Assembly: GCA_963727625.1 (NCBI GenBank)
Contig: CAVSHR010000003.1
Span: 160,001-224,000 of the forward strand
Length of the DNA stretch: 64,000 nt
Direction: 5' to 3'
Origin: an uncultured delta proteobacterium
GTDB taxonomy: Bacteria; Desulfobacterota; Binatia; UBA9968
Part shown: in pieces, positions 60,906-64,000 of the stretch
How the letters are laid out: the number at the start of each line of letters is the position of its first letter
Numbering within the stretch: the first letter of the stretch is position 1
The notes under the pieces: generated by a model
What the model saw: the letters and a program-made list of their open reading frames with translations, nothing else
Database searches by the model: none
Told to the model about the DNA's origin: nothing
Position numbers and translations under genes: made by a program

Positions 60906-63365
60906 ATGAACAATGTAACGCGGCTGGTTTCCCGGCGCGATGTGGAGGCGATTGAATGGGCAAAGGAACTACGCAATACCGAGGTGTGGTTTCATAGCGA
61001 ACGGTTTCGCGATATCACGCGTTTGCATACGCCCTATGAAGTCGTCGCCTTGCGCGGCAGCTTGGCGGAAGATTACACGGTCGCAAGACAGTCATCGGTT
61101 AAGCTGTTCGATTACCTTCAGCGGCTCCTCAAAGAGAAGAAACAAGAAACGACCTACGGGCCGTTTTCGTCCACCGGAGCGGTCAGGGCGGTGATGGAAG
61201 GGATCAAGGTGCTCTATCTCGGCGGGTGGGCGACTTCGGCGAAGGGCTCGGACTCGGAGGATCCCGGCGCCGACCTGGCGAATTACGCGCTGGATCGCGT
61301 TCCTAAAGAAGGAGCTTCATGGGTGCGCGCCTTGCTGCACCAGGACGAAGTCCAAAAGTCTTCGCGCCTGCGCATGACCTCGGCGCAAAGAAAGAAAAAT
61401 CCCGCGGTTGAATTCAGTCCGCCCATGATCATTCCCGACGGCGACACGGGACATGGCGGTGAGCATCATGTCCGCAATCTCGTCAAAAAATTTGTCGAGG
61501 GCAAGATTGGTGCGATCCACATTGAAGATCAGCGGTCGGGCTGCAAGGTGTGCGGCCACCAAGGACAGAAAGTGTTGGTCTCCACCGCCGAGATGATCTC
61601 CCGGCTGAATGCCGCGCGGCTGCAGTACGACATCATGCGCGTGCCAGGAATAATCGTTGCACGCACCGATTCCCATGACGCGACGGCCATCGATAGCGTG
61701 GACGATCAGCGCGATCATCCGTTTGTTTACGGCGCGACCAATTCGCGGATTGTCCCGTTCAAAAACGTCAGTTTGGCGGTCATCCGGAAATTTTACCAGG
61801 CGGGCTTCAAGGAAATAAACGGTCATCTGCTGCACCATATTTCAGACCAGGCCTACAAATTCGCGGAGGAGTGGTTGCGTCAAGAACGTCTCAGCGACCG
61901 GATTAATGAAGGTATAGCGAAAATCACCAAAGAGAGTGACGCGCTCAAGAAGTTGCGCCGGGGACTTCGGCGGCAAGATTCCAGCCAGCGGGATTTTCGC
62001 GAGCAGTCGGCGGTGTCCGAACTTACGATCAAAAAAATTACTGAGGAAACGCTCGATAGCGTTATGGCGGCAGTCCGCCAGGCGTGGGCGGAAAAGGCCG
62101 GGCTCAAGACCTACGCTGAAGCCGTGGCTGATGCCCTGGCGAGCCGCGCTCAAACCCGGGCCAAGCTCGGCTTGACGGTGGAGCGCTGGAAAACTTTTGC
62201 CCGCAGCGTGTCCCTTGCCGAAGCACGCGAGCGCGCGGCCTCCATGGGCATGGAGATTTTTTGGGATTGGGACTTGCCGCGGACGGCGGAAGGGTTTTAC
62301 CCGATTACCGGCGGGCACGATATGGCGATCCAAAGAGGATTGGCGACGGCTCCTTTTGCTGATCTGCTTTGGCGCGAGACCGCCAAGCCGGATTTAGTGG
62401 ATGACAAGCTCTGGGCCGATGCCGTCCATGCGGTGTTTCCGCAGAAAATGCTCGCTTACAACCTGTCGCCCTCGTGGAACTGGGACGCCTGGGGATTTAC
62501 CGACGACCAAATCCGCGGCTTCGCCAATGAGCTGGGCAAAATGGGCTATGTCTTCAACTTTATCACCTATGGCGGCCACCAAACCGAAGCGTTGATGAAT
62601 GGGCGGTTGGCGCGGGCGCTTAAAGAAGAAGGCGTGCTCGGTTTCGTGCGGCTGGTTCAGCGCGCTCTTCGCTTAGCCAACGATCCGGCGCAGTATCCCC
62701 AGACTTTTGTCGGCGGCGAGTGGGCGGATCGCTTCCGGCGTGCGGCTCGCGGTCCGTCGCTCACCACGTCGTCAATGGGCGGGAAGTCGACGGAGACACA
62801 GCATCGAAAAACGGTAGAGGTGCCGACGAGCGTACTCGAAAGGTGGCTGCGCATCTGGACCGATCATTGGAACAAAAAAGGGCTCTATGACCAAGGGGGA
62901 CTTAGCGTCGAGCTCAAAGAACACTGGGCCGGCGCCGAGGAGATGATGCTCAATGTTTTCGACGGCGCAAGCGACAAGATCGCTGAAATCATCTTTCGGG
63001 TCGATAAAGACCGGGAAGGACGAAAATTTCTCGCCGTCAAAGATCAGAATACGATTAGAAAGTATCGCAACCGCAGGCTCATGTCGCTGATGCATTTCTT
63101 TCTCCTGCACCGATACAAAACCGATCTGGTCCACTATGTGACGCCGAGTGTCGATAATCGCCTGTCGGTCCAGCGGATGATTCACAACGGCGTGTTCAGA
63201 TCGGCAAGAACCGATGATCCGAACATCATCGCCATCGAAGTCGATACCGCGCGGGCGCCAAAGATTTTCGCTAACGACGAATCGATCAAACGGTTCATCG
63301 CAAAACCGTTGGCATCGTCCGCAGGCCGCACTGCCGCCGTGCCCGTGCGCGCCACTGCGGGGTAG
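60906..63365 (+). CDS. aceA: Isocitrate lyase, long Icl2 type with C-terminal acetyl-CoA-binding-like domain
   Basis: YLGGW, DGDTGHGG, HIEDQ...KVCGH...VLV, ARTD, LAYNLSPSWNW, FITYGG; C-domain DQNT...RLM.L.H..L.HR.K...YVTP..DN as in mycobacterial Icl2. Confidence 0.9.
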   Translation: MNNVTRLVSRRDVEAIEWAKELRNTEVWFHSERFRDITRLHTPYEVVALRGSLAEDYTVARQSSVKLFDYLQRLLKEKKQETTYGPFSSTGAVRAVMEGIKVLYLGGWATSAKGSDSEDPGADLANYALDRVPKEGASWVRALLHQDEVQKSSRLRMTSAQRKKNPAVEFSPPMIIPDGDTGHGGEHHVRNLVKKFVEGKIGAIHIEDQRSGCKVCGHQGQKVLVSTAEMISRLNAARLQYDIMRVPGIIVARTDSHDATAIDSVDDQRDHPFVYGATNSRIVPFKNVSLAVIRKFYQAGFKEINGHLLHHISDQAYKFAEEWLRQERLSDRINEGIAKITKESDALKKLRRGLRRQDSSQRDFREQSAVSELTIKKITEETLDSVMAAVRQAWAEKAGLKTYAEAVADALASRAQTRAKLGLTVERWKTFARSVSLAEARERAASMGMEIFWDWDLPRTAEGFYPITGGHDMAIQRGLATAPFADLLWRETAKPDLVDDKLWADAVHAVFPQKMLAYNLSPSWNWDAWGFTDDQIRGFANELGKMGYVFNFITYGGHQTEALMNGRLARALKEEGVLGFVRLVQRALRLANDPAQYPQTFVGGEWADRFRRAARGPSLTTSSMGGKSTETQHRKTVEVPTSVLERWLRIWTDHWNKKGLYDQGGLSVELKEHWAGAEEMMLNVFDGASDKIAEIIFRVDKDREGRKFLAVKDQNTIRKYRNRRLMSLMHFFLLHRYKTDLVHYVTPSVDNRLSVQRMIHNGVFRSARTDDPNIIAIEVDTARAPKIFANDESIKRFIAKPLASSAGRTAAVPVRATAG

Positions 63366-63384
63366 AATGACAGGGGAACGATCC

Positions 63385-64000
63385 ATGCCGAATCCCGTCG
63401 AACTCGGCGGCTTGCGAATCGATGACAAACTTCATGCCCTGGTCCGAGATGAAATCGCGCCGGGCAGCGGTATCGAGCCCGATGGGTTCTGGATTGGCCT
63501 GAGCAAAATCGTTCACGATCTGGCTCCCAAGAATCGCACTTTGCTTGAGAAGCGCGATACGCTGCAGCGCCGAATCGACTCCTGGTGTCTCAGTCATCGC
63601 GGCCAGGCTTTCAATGTTGCTGAGTCTCAGCGGTTTCTCGAAGAGATCGGCTACTTAGTTCGAGAAGGTGAAAACTTTCAGGTGGCGACGGAAAGCGTCG
63701 ATCGCGAAATCGCCGAAGTGTCCGGCCCCCAACTGGTGGTTCCTCTCGACAACGCGCGCTACGCTCTCAACGCCGCCAATGCCCGCTGGGGGAGTTTATA
63801 CGACGCTCTCTATGGCACGGATGTCATCGCCGAGGATGATCGTGCCGAGAGGGGTGAAACTTACAATCCGGTGCGCGGCGCGAAGGTCATCGCCAAAGCT
63901 GAAGCTTTTCTTGACGGCGCCATGGGTCTTGAATTCGGGAGATTTTCCGACGTCGTGCGATTTTCCCTCAGGGACGGCAGCGGCGCCACACAATTGATTG
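63385..64000 (+). CDS. glcB: Malate synthase G (5' part; runs off the window end)
   Basis: Manual translation: MPNPVELGGLRIDDKL...FW..L..IVHDLAPKNRTLL.KRD.LQ..ID...GPQLVVPLDNARYALNAANARWGSLYDALYGTDVI. Confidence 0.95.
   Translation, partial: MPNPVELGGLRIDDKLHALVRDEIAPGSGIEPDGFWIGLSKIVHDLAPKNRTLLEKRDTLQRRIDSWCLSHRGQAFNVAESQRFLEEIGYLVREGENFQVATESVDREIAEVSGPQLVVPLDNARYALNAANARWGSLYDALYGTDVIAEDDRAERGETYNPVRGAKVIAKAEAFLDGAMGLEFGRFSDVVRFSLRDGSGATQLI

Overview
GC-rich bacterial chromosomal window. The many amidohydrolases, the Bug/TctC transporter and the sigma-54 promoters suggest a deltaproteobacterial-grade lineage such as Binatia, but this is inference only. Left third: an amidohydrolase operon ending in a MetE-II-like gene whose Zn-ligand Cys codon is an in-frame UGA followed by a SECIS-like hairpin (candidate selenoprotein); a sigma-54 two-component envelope module; moaA; and a decaying MFS/chromate-efflux patch with several pseudogenes. 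Middle: korAB, clpS-clpA and an M48 peptidase, then an orphan tRNA-Pro 3' fragment (att-like scar) at 30.0 kb. Right half: (i) a sigma-54-driven operon of about 12 kb for an ATP-dependent class I benzoyl-CoA-reductase-like enzyme with a non-canonical downstream pathway (BadH-like SDR, amidohydrolase, abm-like SDR/ECH/ACAD, BadL-like GNAT, non-decarboxylating glutaryl-CoA dehydrogenase, radical SAM; no dch/had/oah, ligase or ferredoxin); (ii) a periplasmic NXR-like molybdoenzyme operon with a divergent active-site region, a dihaem-c/haem-b gamma fusion, a chaperone and an FmdE-MobB fusion; (iii) a haem-biosynthesis-type radical SAM, hemerythrin, TctCAB, a B12 radical SAM, an Icl2-type isocitrate lyase and the start of malate synthase G. 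No rRNA, intact tRNA, CRISPR array, transposase or integrase was seen. Family assignments come from motifs and remembered sequences, not from database searches.
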